Below are positions 1-9,025 of a stretch of 64,000 bases of DNA, one piece after another. Each line of letters begins with the position of its first letter. Position 1 is the stretch's first letter. Below the pieces are notes generated by a model that was not told the DNA's origin, did no database searches, and saw only the letters and a program-made list of their open reading frames with translations. The DNA comes from a virus, in IMG/VR virus record IMGVR_UViG_3300027983_001201, positions 3,194 to 67,193 of that record. One strand, written 5' to 3'. Made by a program: the position numbers and the translations under genes.

Positions 1-180
1 ATTAAAGTACTCTGCCGCCTCTTGTTCTTCCATCCCATCATTAACTAATAACTGAATACATCTATTTACTGAATATATTAACCTCATAGATGACTCATCT
101 ATACCTATTATACCAGCATCATAACCATCAGCTTTTAATAATTCCTCTTCTGGAAACCATTCTACGATATTATCTAACAT
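1..180 (-). CDS. Conserved phage hypothetical protein, runs off window start (MLDNIVEWFPEEELLKADGYDAGIIG...EAAEYFN)
   Basis: Hand translation; ATG at 180; ADG(F/Y)DxxIIG...EAxEYF pattern recalled from phage hypotheticals; not in ORF track. Confidence 0.7.
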   Translation of the reverse strand, partial: MLDNIVEWFPEEELLKADGYDAGIIGIDESSMRLIYSVNRCIQLLVNDGMEEQEAAEYFN

Positions 181-469
181 GATTAATTTTTAAGTGTAAT
201 GTATCTTGATATATGTTTGTATCTGTGGGTACCCAACAACAAAGGTGTTCTCCTTCTAAATGAAAGTGCATAGATTTAATTATAATAGTATCTGAGTATG
301 GAAATTTCATAATTTCTGTTTTCCCGTAAGCATCACAATTTACATTTTTACTTGAACCACAAGAGGTTAAAATAAAAAATGATCCAATAATTATTACAAT
401 AAATGTTGTAATTATACCCATTACTTCTATTAGTCCATTATTTTCTTTATCTGGTAGTGTTTTCCCCAT
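170..469 (-). CDS. Membrane/lipoprotein-like small protein
   Basis: Hydrophobic stretch followed by LTSC lipobox-like motif (LTSCGSSKNVNCDAYG). Confidence 0.55.
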   Translation of the reverse strand: MGKTLPDKENNGLIEVMGIITTFIVIIIGSFFILTSCGSSKNVNCDAYGKTEIMKFPYSDTIIIKSMHFHLEGEHLCCWVPTDTNIYQDTLHLKINHVR

Positions 470-538
470 ATTTTATTCATTTATTATAAATATAATGATT
501 TTATTTTAAAAATACAATAAAATGTTATATTTATATCT

Positions 539-1192
539 ATGAATAATAAGTTTATAGATGATATATTAGAGTTTCTAATTGAAAATACAGTGGTAAAAAG
601 ATATGAAAAGTTACCAGATGTTAATTTCCATTATACCGGATATCTTATTGTACCTATTGGTAATGGGTTTAGGTTTGATGTGTCCTATAAAACTATACTT
701 CCGAATGGGGATTTTACAAATGAATGGTGGACAGAAATGAAAGAAATTTATACATTAAAAGATAAAGAAGTTATGTATGTGTTAGACGAATATAATGATT
801 TTTTATGGTATATGGTTGAAAAAATAAATTTAAAAGAAGAAATAAAAAGTGAAATTAATGAAACAAAAGAACCACCATCATTTAATTTTGTTACGAACCA
901 ATATGAAAACATAGACAAAAAATTCTTAGATAAGGTGGTTGGTGTTTTGAAAGATGAGACTGACTACAATTCTAACAATAATAACCTCACAATACCTATA
1001 AGTCCTTATACGTTAAACAAATTAACTAATTATGGTCATCCCTTAATTGGTGGTTTTCATAGTTTTAAACCATACGCGCATTTTTATGATGAAATGCAGG
1101 ATAAATTTGGTATTGGTAATTATGCTGAAATTCAATATATTTATCATAAATATAAAAAATATATATTGGAACTAATAAATACAGAGATTTAA
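539..1192 (+). CDS. Hypothetical protein with two similar domains
   Basis: NKFIDDILEFL and KKFLDKVVGVL repeats separated by LKEE/INE linker; TATTTATA at 528-535. Confidence 0.7.
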   Translation: MNNKFIDDILEFLIENTVVKRYEKLPDVNFHYTGYLIVPIGNGFRFDVSYKTILPNGDFTNEWWTEMKEIYTLKDKEVMYVLDEYNDFLWYMVEKINLKEEIKSEINETKEPPSFNFVTNQYENIDKKFLDKVVGVLKDETDYNSNNNNLTIPISPYTLNKLTNYGHPLIGGFHSFKPYAHFYDEMQDKFGIGNYAEIQYIYHKYKKYILELINTEI

Positions 1193-1243
1193 ATCCGAAA
1201 CCTTTTTATAATATTGTTATATTTATATAGTAAATTAAATCAA

Positions 1244-1567
1244 ATGAGTAGATTAGGGAAACAAAAAAAATTAATCATAGAACAAGCCAATAAAAGAGTG
1301 CTTGGTGAATCTACGGTAGATATAGATGAGGTTTTAACCCTTATGAAGTATAAATTTGGGTGGGGTGATTTGTCTACTGGTAGAATTGAGGAATTCGAAA
1401 ATTGGTCTAATGAAGTCAGTGAACAAATGACTTCTGAAGAATATGCTGATTTATTTCATGACTGGATGACAACGGAATCACACCCAAGTGGATACGATGT
1501 GGGTGACATCTCAATTGATGTGGACGGTGATAACGATCCAGAACATTTTGATATAATAAAGAAATAG
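1244..1567 (+). CDS. Acidic hypothetical protein with basic leader (MSRLGKQKKLIIEQANKRVLGE)
   Basis: Start moved to ATG 1244, downstream of TATTTATA 1220-1227. Confidence 0.7.
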   Translation: MSRLGKQKKLIIEQANKRVLGESTVDIDEVLTLMKYKFGWGDLSTGRIEEFENWSNEVSEQMTSEEYADLFHDWMTTESHPSGYDVGDISIDVDGDNDPEHFDIIKK

Positions 1568-1575
1568 TAATATAT

Positions 1576-1818
1576 ATGAAAAAAATTAAATTAACAGAAT
1601 CACAATATAAAAATATTTTAAAAGAATCTTATTATGATTCTAACAAGTTATATAGTAAAGATTACATATATAAAGTATTTAAGAGATCACCTTCAGAATT
1701 AAAACGTATTGTAAATAATTTAGAGGTTATTGAATGTACTGACGGTAATGGTGATTTAATGGAGTGTGTTAAGATATCAGAAGTATTATTCACTTATATT
1801 AACGGTAGATATTATTAA
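1576..1818 (+). CDS. Hypothetical protein with LTESQY leader
   Basis: MKKIKLTESQYKNILKES N-terminus. Confidence 0.75.
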   Translation: MKKIKLTESQYKNILKESYYDSNKLYSKDYIYKVFKRSPSELKRIVNNLEVIECTDGNGDLMECVKISEVLFTYINGRYY

Positions 1819-1857
1819 TTAAAGGGTAGGTAGTTAATAGTTTCCACCCTATAAGAA

Positions 1858-2205
1858 TCAGTTTTCGTTAATAATTTTTTTTATTTTTTCTAACCTAATT
1901 TCATTCTTTTTTAAATGATTTGTCGCCTTTTCAATCTCATTGGTATCACCTTTGGATAAAATAATAACCACCTTATTGTTTTTAATTCTATCTACTAAAT
2001 TTTTAAGTTCTTTTTTTGTTAAATTTCTTACAATAATTTTATCATTGATAAACCTTTCCTCATCTAAAAAATAAACATCTTCTTTTTTTTCTTCACAGAT
2101 AGTTATTTCCGCTACTTTTTGATCTAGGTTATAGTAAATGTGCTCAACCTTAGTTTTGAACCCATTACTAACAATCTTCTTATAAAGTTTTAAATCTTTT
2201 TCCAT
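1858..2205 (-). CDS. Hypothetical protein
   Basis: ATG 2205 (MEKDLK) just downstream of TATATTTG (2212-2219, minus). Confidence 0.65.
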   Translation of the reverse strand: MEKDLKLYKKIVSNGFKTKVEHIYYNLDQKVAEITICEEKKEDVYFLDEERFINDKIIVRNLTKKELKNLVDRIKNNKVVIILSKGDTNEIEKATNHLKKNEIRLEKIKKIINEN

Positions 2206-2238
2206 ATTCCACAAATATAATGTTTTATTTTCAATAAG

Positions 2239-2424
2239 TCAATTAAAATGTCTATTATAACCTGCACAAGTATATTCTTTTTTATTATCCCATATACCAC
2301 CTCTCTTAGAAACGTCCACCATATGACAATTATGTGGTTTAACGTGTTTTTTAGAGTGATTGGTTAGGTTTGTATTATTTTTATTTTTAATAACCCATGG
2401 ACATTCCTTACATGATTTTTTCAT
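2239..2424 (-). CDS. Small Cys/His zinc-binding-like protein
   Basis: CKECPW...HNCHM...CAG motif. Confidence 0.65.
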   Translation of the reverse strand: MKKSCKECPWVIKNKNNTNLTNHSKKHVKPHNCHMVDVSKRGGIWDNKKEYTCAGYNRHFN

Positions 2425-2427
2425 TGT

Positions 2428-2699
2428 TTAAATAAATTTATATACTTCTATTACTCTAGCTTTTAACCTTCTAGAATCACATGAGTTACCAACAACAACA
2501 CCATTAATTATTGCGAATGCGTGTCCACTAACATGAATTAAATATTTCCCCACATTATAATCACTTAAAAAGGTTTTAACTGTCATTTTATTTACTCTAG
2601 TGAAGCAACAACACTATTACTATAATCTTTTATTGCATCACTGGTGTTGATGTAAGGTACATTTGTTTTTGGGTGATTTTTAATCTTAGTGTATTCCAT
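2428..2699 (-). pseudogene. Split gene remnant (MEYTKIKNHPKTNVPYINTSDAIKDYSNSVVASLE* then MTVKTFLSDYNVGKYLIHVSGHAFAIINGVVVGN...)
   Basis: Two adjacent short frames (2592-2699, 2428-2586) that look like the N- and C-termini of one phage protein family with the middle missing. Confidence 0.5.
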
Positions 2700-2802
2700 A
2701 TTTATTTGTTTTATAGTATAAAGATACAAAAAATAATTTAGACTGCAAAATAAAACCCCACTAATAATGAGTTTTTACACATATATTATGATAATTTCTT
2801 TT

Positions 2803-3060
2803 TTACGTCTTAATAGAATAGTAGAAGTATAGGTTATCATTGTCCACCCCAACAGAGAGAAAGGTAAAGTTCTTATCCTTTAAAAATAATTGTCTTTCAG
2901 GGTCTTCTATTTTAAACCTAACAATATCACCTTCCACACCCTTTATTTTATTCCATTTAGGTTTACTATTATTAGGTGTAATTATCTTTTTACTTTCCTT
3001 TACCCTTTCTTTAGGGGTGGTAGATAATAATTCAGTACTTTTAACTTTTTTTCTACTCAT
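2803..3060 (-). CDS. Basic hypothetical protein (MSRKKVKS...)
   Basis: Start moved to ATG 3060, downstream of TATATTTG 3065-3072 (minus). Confidence 0.65.
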   Translation of the reverse strand: MSRKKVKSTELLSTTPKERVKESKKIITPNNSKPKWNKIKGVEGDIVRFKIEDPERQLFLKDKNFTFLSVGVDNDNLYFYYSIKT

Positions 3061-3148
3061 GAAACAAATATACGTAAAAAAATTAAATAAACAAAACTTT
3101 TTATTTGTATTATTATTGTTTTTGATCATATTTATATTATAAATAATA

Positions 3149-3392
3149 GTGCGTAACATCATAAAAAAAATACTTAGGGAGTCTACATTGAACCAAAACA
3201 TCGTCAATAAGGTTTATAACCACATTAAAGATGACTTTTGGTTTGAATATAATAGAAACTATAGGGGGTCGAAACGAAGGTGCTGCTCATTATGATGAGA
3301 GATATAACTTTTTAGTGACAATGACAACCAACGATTATGAATTATTACAAAAGGATTTATTAGATTACATTGAAAGAGATTCACATTTATGA
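3149..3392 (+). pseudogene. Frameshifted/deleted leader-bearing gene
   Basis: GTG start VRNIIKKILRESTLN... stops after 48 codons; a second frame (...NEGAAHYDERYNF...ERDSHL*) ends overlapping ATG 3389; TATTTATA at 3129-3136. Confidence 0.55.
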
Positions 3393-3844
3393 GAGATACA
3401 ATTAAAGTCATATTAAAAGAAGAGGTAGAAAGTAAGTTCTTAAAGACTATTGAGAACATACTTTATGACTTAATATATGTTGAACACATTAGTGGTGCTT
3501 TTAGATATGAAGAAATATATTCTGCTAGTCTAAAGTCTACTGACTACGCTGACGTACTATCAGATAACCCATATAATGTAAAGATGTTGGAGGAGTCATT
3601 AGATCTGACATCTTATAGTGTAAACTACCTTGATGGTGAATTATATGATGAAATTTTAGAGGAAGACAATCGTAATATAGTTTTATATATTATTTTATAT
3701 CTAACCGATGTTTTTAAAATTGGTGATAGAGAATTTAGAAAAAGTTTACGATTTAAAGTTAAAGAAGTTTTAAACGATATGATTAAAAAATACGCTGAAG
3801 AAAATAACATTGACCTATATATAAAACATAGTTTAGACTGGTAA
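3389..3844 (+). CDS. Acidic hypothetical protein with ILKEE leader
   Basis: MRDTIKVILKEE; translationally coupled to both neighbours. Confidence 0.75.
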   Translation: MRDTIKVILKEEVESKFLKTIENILYDLIYVEHISGAFRYEEIYSASLKSTDYADVLSDNPYNVKMLEESLDLTSYSVNYLDGELYDEILEEDNRNIVLYIILYLTDVFKIGDREFRKSLRFKVKEVLNDMIKKYAEENNIDLYIKHSLDW

Positions 3845-4812
3845 TGAAAAAAATAATTAGAAAAATATTAAAAGAAGACACACTACACCCTTATAATTAT
3901 AAAAATAGTTTAAAGGAACAAGAAGAGGACATTGAAATTAGCCCTTTTGAAGGTGCTTTGTTCACACCTAAATTTATGGAAAAAATGATGGTTAAAATGG
4001 ATGAAGACCCCGATTTTTTCCTAAAGGATATATTACCGAATATGGGATTTGACAATAATCAAGAGATTAATGTGATATATAACTATTTAACGGAATATGA
4101 TAGGAAACCTTACTATATACCAATCTTTTTTGACTGGGTGGATTTAAGTAACTTTTTTAGTGAAGATCGTGATTATGATATTCAAGGTATTACTAAACGA
4201 TTTTTCGAAGGTGATTATGATTACTATGATAGTTATGGGGGTTGTTATGATTATCAGTCATATTATTTTGATATGGTTGATAAAGTTAATGTCGATACTA
4301 TGAAAGAAAAATATTCTGAGAGTCATAAGGTATACGATGAAGATGAGTTTATTGAGTTTGTTGAAGAGGAGTTCGGTGGAGATATAGGTTGTGCATTTTC
4401 AGATGCACAACACAGTGCAGATGTAGACTACTTACATTCGGACATACAAGATAGTCTAATAGACTATCTTGGTGATTTTAACGGTAAGTTAGAGTATCAT
4501 GTTGATAAAGAGGGTAATAGTGGTGAAAAGATGGTATATAATGGTAGCAGAGAAGTGGGTGATATAGTATCTAGTGATTTATTTAAAGAGTCTTTAGTTG
4601 TTTATGTTGAGTACGGATATACATCATTTGGTGAGTTATTCGATACTATATATAATAGGGAAAATGATGGGGAATATTGGGGTGATAAGGTTTTATTCCC
4701 TGAAGATAAAATACAGATCAACACTGATAAACACTTTAGATATGGTGGAAATGGTGATATGAGTGAACAGTATTTTAATGAAATACTTTCTGACAGGTTA
4801 TATGATTATTAA
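3844..4812 (+). CDS. Acidic Tyr/Asp-rich hypothetical protein, paralog of the N-half of 26704-28650
   Basis: MKKIIRKILKED leader; shared blocks DLSNFFSEDR/ELSMLFSDDDR and FSDAQHSA/YRDAYSQA. Confidence 0.75.
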   Translation: MKKIIRKILKEDTLHPYNYKNSLKEQEEDIEISPFEGALFTPKFMEKMMVKMDEDPDFFLKDILPNMGFDNNQEINVIYNYLTEYDRKPYYIPIFFDWVDLSNFFSEDRDYDIQGITKRFFEGDYDYYDSYGGCYDYQSYYFDMVDKVNVDTMKEKYSESHKVYDEDEFIEFVEEEFGGDIGCAFSDAQHSADVDYLHSDIQDSLIDYLGDFNGKLEYHVDKEGNSGEKMVYNGSREVGDIVSSDLFKESLVVYVEYGYTSFGELFDTIYNRENDGEYWGDKVLFPEDKIQINTDKHFRYGGNGDMSEQYFNEILSDRLYDY

Positions 4813-4838
4813 AAAATAAAACTATATATTTATATAAT

Positions 4839-5480
4839 ATGAGAATCAAGGATAAAAAACATAATATTAAAAAAGTGAATTTACTTGTAGAGATGAGAAG
4901 TTATTTATTAAATGAATCACCACCTTACAATATGGATATGGGTGTACCAGTAATCGCAAAAAAAGCTCAACATGGATATTTAGAAGGGGATTCGCCAGAA
5001 TTAATAGGTAAAGATGTGTGGTTTCATACAAACCGACATAATATTCTACATAACAAGAATGGTGCATTCGGTGTTTATGGTAGAAATAAAAGGGGTGGAA
5101 AACATTCTACACCTGGTATAATAGGTTATACAAACGATTTATTAATAGGTGGGGATATAAATTTCGATATAAGTATTGGGTATCATAATGTTATGAGAAC
5201 AACAAAAGATGCTGGTGAAATGACTAAAAGGTCTCAAGTTGTAGGTGTCGGTGGAATTGTACAGAAATTACCTGATGACCCTGTAACCTTAAAAGATATT
5301 GCTGAAGAAATAAAATACAACCCCTTTATCTCAGATTACTTTCACACTGCTGATGGTAACTATAAGGTATTAGGTGCTGAATTTGTTTATGCTGAATATC
5401 GCCCAGATGGTAGTTACTCGCTACACGCAATAAACCCAGTTTTAGAACCATTTAAAATGGGTGAATATAATCCAGTATAA
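4839..5480 (+). CDS. Hypothetical protein with leader ending LLNE
   Basis: ORF; TATTTATA at 4827-4834. Confidence 0.75.
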   Translation: MRIKDKKHNIKKVNLLVEMRSYLLNESPPYNMDMGVPVIAKKAQHGYLEGDSPELIGKDVWFHTNRHNILHNKNGAFGVYGRNKRGGKHSTPGIIGYTNDLLIGGDINFDISIGYHNVMRTTKDAGEMTKRSQVVGVGGIVQKLPDDPVTLKDIAEEIKYNPFISDYFHTADGNYKVLGAEFVYAEYRPDGSYSLHAINPVLEPFKMGEYNPV

Positions 5481-5483
5481 GTT

Positions 5484-5948
5484 ATGTCGAATTTTACCCG
5501 TAAAGATAGATTATTTGATAAATTATTTGATGACTTAAATGAAGTATTCAATAAAGTCACTGTATTTAATTATGATGCTAGTTTAAGTGATGACGAATTT
5601 GATTCGTTTGATAATGTTCGGAGGATTTCACGATATTTAGTTAGAGATTATATTAGGGATACATATGGATATAGAAGAAATGACCCTATGACTATTCGTT
5701 TAGAAGATGAGTGGGTAAGAAAAAACTATAGAGATGGTAATATGCCATTGATTGGGGATACGATAGAAATGATTAAAATGGTAGATGATCCGAATCCTAT
5801 ACCGCCAGGTTCTAAAGGTGTTGTTAAAGGGTACACCTTTGTCGGTGGTCCTTTTTATGAAGACCATATTGACGTAGACTGGGAAAGTAATAGGAACCTA
5901 TCATTGATAGTCGGTGTCGATAAATTTAAAGTTGTGAAAAGAAAATGA
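5484..5948 (+). CDS. DUF4314-like domain protein
   Basis: C-terminal GDTIEMIKMVDDPNPIPPGSKGVV...IDVDWES..NLSLIVGVDKF matches the DUF4314 pattern as recalled. Confidence 0.65.
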   Translation: MSNFTRKDRLFDKLFDDLNEVFNKVTVFNYDASLSDDEFDSFDNVRRISRYLVRDYIRDTYGYRRNDPMTIRLEDEWVRKNYRDGNMPLIGDTIEMIKMVDDPNPIPPGSKGVVKGYTFVGGPFYEDHIDVDWESNRNLSLIVGVDKFKVVKRK

Positions 5949-6949
5949 AATATATAATTAAAAATATATTAAAGGAGGACTACGTTAATAAAAAGAAGAA
6001 TCAAGAATATCTGGATTTTATTGTTAATGAAATGTTAAATGGTGTTACTATTAAACTTGACTTTCCACCAAACCCCACATTCAGTACACTTTCAGAGTTT
6101 TCTGATTTATACGCTGAGGAAGAATTGGATCGTATTGTTTCTGACCCCGACTTATTTAATAAACTTGGATGGGAGGAATCAGATGAGTATGACGATATAT
6201 ATTATTTTAGAACAAACAACCCAAAGGATGAGTATGACCATAATGAATTTTACATGGAAATGGGTTATGATTGGATAGAACATTTAGAAGATATCGGTGA
6301 ACTAAGAAAAATTGAAAATGATGAATGGGAATTAGTACATAAAGATATGGTGTTAAATTTAAGTGTTAATGGTGTTAATATACGAACTGTTCAGATGTAC
6401 AGAGTACTATCAAAAAGTAAATACAGAAACCCTGTACCTTTAATATATAAATCCCATAGTATTATAATGTACCCTATTAGAGAAATGTTTAAAATAAGTG
6501 AGGAGGAGTTTGGGGTTGTTTTTACAGAATTTAAAAATAAGTTAGTGTCGTTATTAAAAGATAAGTGGGGTGTTGATGTAGTTGATAAATCAGAAACTCT
6601 AAATGAATCTATTGTAGATGATTTTATTGACTTCGGAAAAAATGAATTGTCGATGGGTGATGGATTTAATGTTAGACTTATTGATAATAATAATGAGTTA
6701 GAAACGTTAGCTAGTTATGATATGTCAAAAAATGAAATAAGTGTTATGTCAAAGAATAGAGCAATCCCAGATGTTATACGTTCAATCGCTCACGAAATGG
6801 TACACCATAAACAAAATGAGATGGGTGACTTAAAAGGTAACCCAGAAGAAGGTGAAGATGGTTCCCCATGGGAAGACCAAGCGAATTCAAAAGCTGGTGA
6901 GTTAGTTAGAAAGTTTGGGAGAGAATTTCCAGAGATTTATGATTTATAA
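5945..6949 (+). CDS. Leader-bearing protein with C-terminal HExxH zinc metallopeptidase-like domain
   Basis: MKYIIKNILKED; IRSIAHEMVHHKQ...WEDQAN third-ligand Glu. Confidence 0.7.
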   Translation: MKYIIKNILKEDYVNKKKNQEYLDFIVNEMLNGVTIKLDFPPNPTFSTLSEFSDLYAEEELDRIVSDPDLFNKLGWEESDEYDDIYYFRTNNPKDEYDHNEFYMEMGYDWIEHLEDIGELRKIENDEWELVHKDMVLNLSVNGVNIRTVQMYRVLSKSKYRNPVPLIYKSHSIIMYPIREMFKISEEEFGVVFTEFKNKLVSLLKDKWGVDVVDKSETLNESIVDDFIDFGKNELSMGDGFNVRLIDNNNELETLASYDMSKNEISVMSKNRAIPDVIRSIAHEMVHHKQNEMGDLKGNPEEGEDGSPWEDQANSKAGELVRKFGREFPEIYDL

Positions 6950-7338
6950 ATCTTATTACCTATAGATATATTATTATCCCCACAGAACCCTTTATTAACT
7001 TCTAAGTTACCATTAGATGGTACTGAAGGGAATATAGATGTTTTATCATAAGCCTTAGCCTTTTTAATTTCAACAATCTCATCATCATTAATGAAAATCA
7101 TCTCTATCGGGAATTTTACATTGTCCATCCAAAATCCACCATCAACGTAGTCATAAAAAATTCCTGAATTAGCATCTAAACTATCTCGATACATAAGTCC
7201 AGTACCTTTCTCTTCTTCAGTATATGGTATTTCACAATCTACAGTAATAGTGTCACCATCATCATTTAATATATTTATAGTACATTTTTTTTTAAATGGT
7301 ACTTCTACATTTTCTAATAGTATATCTAATAACTTCAT
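6937..7338 (-). CDS. DUF192 family protein
   Basis: GLMYRDSL...FWMDNVKFPIEMIFI...LEVNKG; leader MKLLDILLE. Confidence 0.8.
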   Translation of the reverse strand: MKLLDILLENVEVPFKKKCTINILNDDGDTITVDCEIPYTEEEKGTGLMYRDSLDANSGIFYDYVDGGFWMDNVKFPIEMIFINDDEIVEIKKAKAYDKTSIFPSVPSNGNLEVNKGFCGDNNISIGNKIYKS

Positions 7339-7350
7339 AGTGATAAATAG

Positions 7351-7379
7351 TTGACTATTGGATAAAATATCATTATACT
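7351..7379 (+). promoter_or_regulatory. Sigma70-like promoter TTGACT-N17-TATACT
   Basis: TTGACT 7351-7356, 17-nt spacer, TATACT 7374-7379, upstream of ATG 7398. Confidence 0.5.
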
Positions 7380-7397
7380 TATATAAAAATATTAGTT

Positions 7398-7574
7398 ATG
7401 TCAAAAAGTAGACACAGAAAAAATCAAAAACAAAAATCTTTAGCTAGAACACAAAGAATAAAGGGTGAGCAATCTCGTACCCAAAAAAAGATGGAGAGTG
7501 AATTTCTAAAAGAAATGGAAAAACTTAAAGATAGACAATTAGAGATTGAAGAAAAGAAAGATTCTGACACATAA
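7398..7574 (+). CDS. Small basic protein, 58 aa (MSKSRHRKNQKQKSLARTQRIKG...)
   Basis: Hand translation; below ORF-track cutoff; promoter upstream. Confidence 0.65.
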   Translation: MSKSRHRKNQKQKSLARTQRIKGEQSRTQKKMESEFLKEMEKLKDRQLEIEEKKDSDT

Positions 7575-7737
7575 TACGGAATCTCAGTATAGAAAAATTA
7601 TCATTTTTAGGTGGTTACATAGAATCTTTAGGTAATATGTTTACCACAATAATAGGTAGATATGAAGGTAGATTAAATAGAGATAATTAAACCATTTACT
7701 ATCAGCAAATAAAGTTATATATTTAAATAAAAATATT

Positions 7738-7935
7738 ATGAACAACGATCAAAAAGCAGAGTTATATCATTCATATCTATTAAGACATGATAAATTAGAT
7801 GGACAAATAGCTGACATCAAATCTGAAGCAGCTGGTAGAGACTTAAATGAGGACCAAAAAACTAAAGTTAATCTTATAGAGTTACAAAAAGCACAAATAG
7901 TTGTAGAAACACAAAAACTATTCGAGGGTTACTAG
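7738..7935 (+). CDS. Small coiled-coil hypothetical protein
   Basis: ORF with A-rich leader. Confidence 0.7.
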   Translation: MNNDQKAELYHSYLLRHDKLDGQIADIKSEAAGRDLNEDQKTKVNLIELQKAQIVVETQKLFEGY

Positions 7936-7944
7936 TATTTTACA

Positions 7945-8367
7945 CTATTTTAACCTTTTTATTCGTTTTAACGCGTTTTTCGACTCATTTGTTATCTTAC
8001 TACCTTTAATTAAATTCTCTTTATAGGGTATAAACCTTAGATTTTTGATATTTCCCACCTTTTTTGGTGGAATTCCCTCTTTAAACGAAATAACTATTGG
8101 GTAAATATGATCTAAATGGTGGTTTTTCCACCCTCTTTTATCAGAATTCTCCAATAAGTAGAGTTTTTGATTCTCTGTAACTTCCCATACCATAGCGTAG
8201 TATAATTTCTTATCTAAATCCTTAATTTTCTTAATTTTTTGTTTGATTTTGGGGTGGTTTTTGATTATTTTACGTATTTTATATCTAATTTTATCCCTTT
8301 TTCGTAGATTTAGGGTTGATTTAGTGGTACCTTTACCTTTTTTACTCTTTTTGGGTGGAATATTCAT
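7945..8367 (-). CDS. HNH-like endonuclease
   Basis: HLDHIYPI...NLRFIPYKENLIKG; start moved to ATG 8367. Confidence 0.7.
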   Translation of the reverse strand: MNIPPKKSKKGKGTTKSTLNLRKRDKIRYKIRKIIKNHPKIKQKIKKIKDLDKKLYYAMVWEVTENQKLYLLENSDKRGWKNHHLDHIYPIVISFKEGIPPKKVGNIKNLRFIPYKENLIKGSKITNESKNALKRIKRLK

Positions 8368-8397
8368 ATTTTTCTGTAAATATATATATTTATAAAT

Positions 8398-8982
8398 ATG
8401 AAGATAATTATTACAGAAAATCAATTAAGGGAATTAGTGTTAAATGAAGGGGTAACCCCTAATAAAAAAAAGGACTTTACTTCAGATCTTAATGTTGCTA
8501 GTCAAAAGATATGGAACCATATTAGAGAATGGGAGTCTTTACGGACTTTTGCATATGATGACCATATTTATCCAAGTATACCATTTAAGAAGGGTAATAG
8601 TCTTAAAGGGACCCTTACTATAGGGTATGGACATACTGGTGAGGATGTATACCCTGAACAAAAAATTTCAGAAAAAGATGCCGACAATTTTTTAATTAAA
8701 GATGTAAATAATGCTGCGAATTGTATTAAGAGATGGGTAGGTAGACAAAAAGATAGAGACACAATAAATAACACTAAATATCATTTATTGACACAGGGTA
8801 TGTATGAGGCGATGATTGATATTGTTTTTAATAGAGGTTGTGGGTGGTTTGTTAAGTCAGAAATATTATCTAACATAGAAAATGGTGAATACAATTCTGC
8901 AAAACAAAAAATAAGTAAATTATCAGGTGATTCGGGTAGGTGGGATAAAACATCAGAATTATTTTGTAGTAAAGGTTGTTAA
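8398..8982 (+). CDS. GH24 phage lysozyme with N-terminal leader
   Basis: E-x8-D catalytic pattern (ESLRTFAYDD), TIGYGH, LTQ..YEAMIDIVFNRG. Confidence 0.85.
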   Translation: MKIIITENQLRELVLNEGVTPNKKKDFTSDLNVASQKIWNHIREWESLRTFAYDDHIYPSIPFKKGNSLKGTLTIGYGHTGEDVYPEQKISEKDADNFLIKDVNNAANCIKRWVGRQKDRDTINNTKYHLLTQGMYEAMIDIVFNRGCGWFVKSEILSNIENGEYNSAKQKISKLSGDSGRWDKTSELFCSKGC

Positions 8983-9025
8983 TTTTTAATAAAAACGTTA
9001 TATTTATAAATAAACACATTATAGA

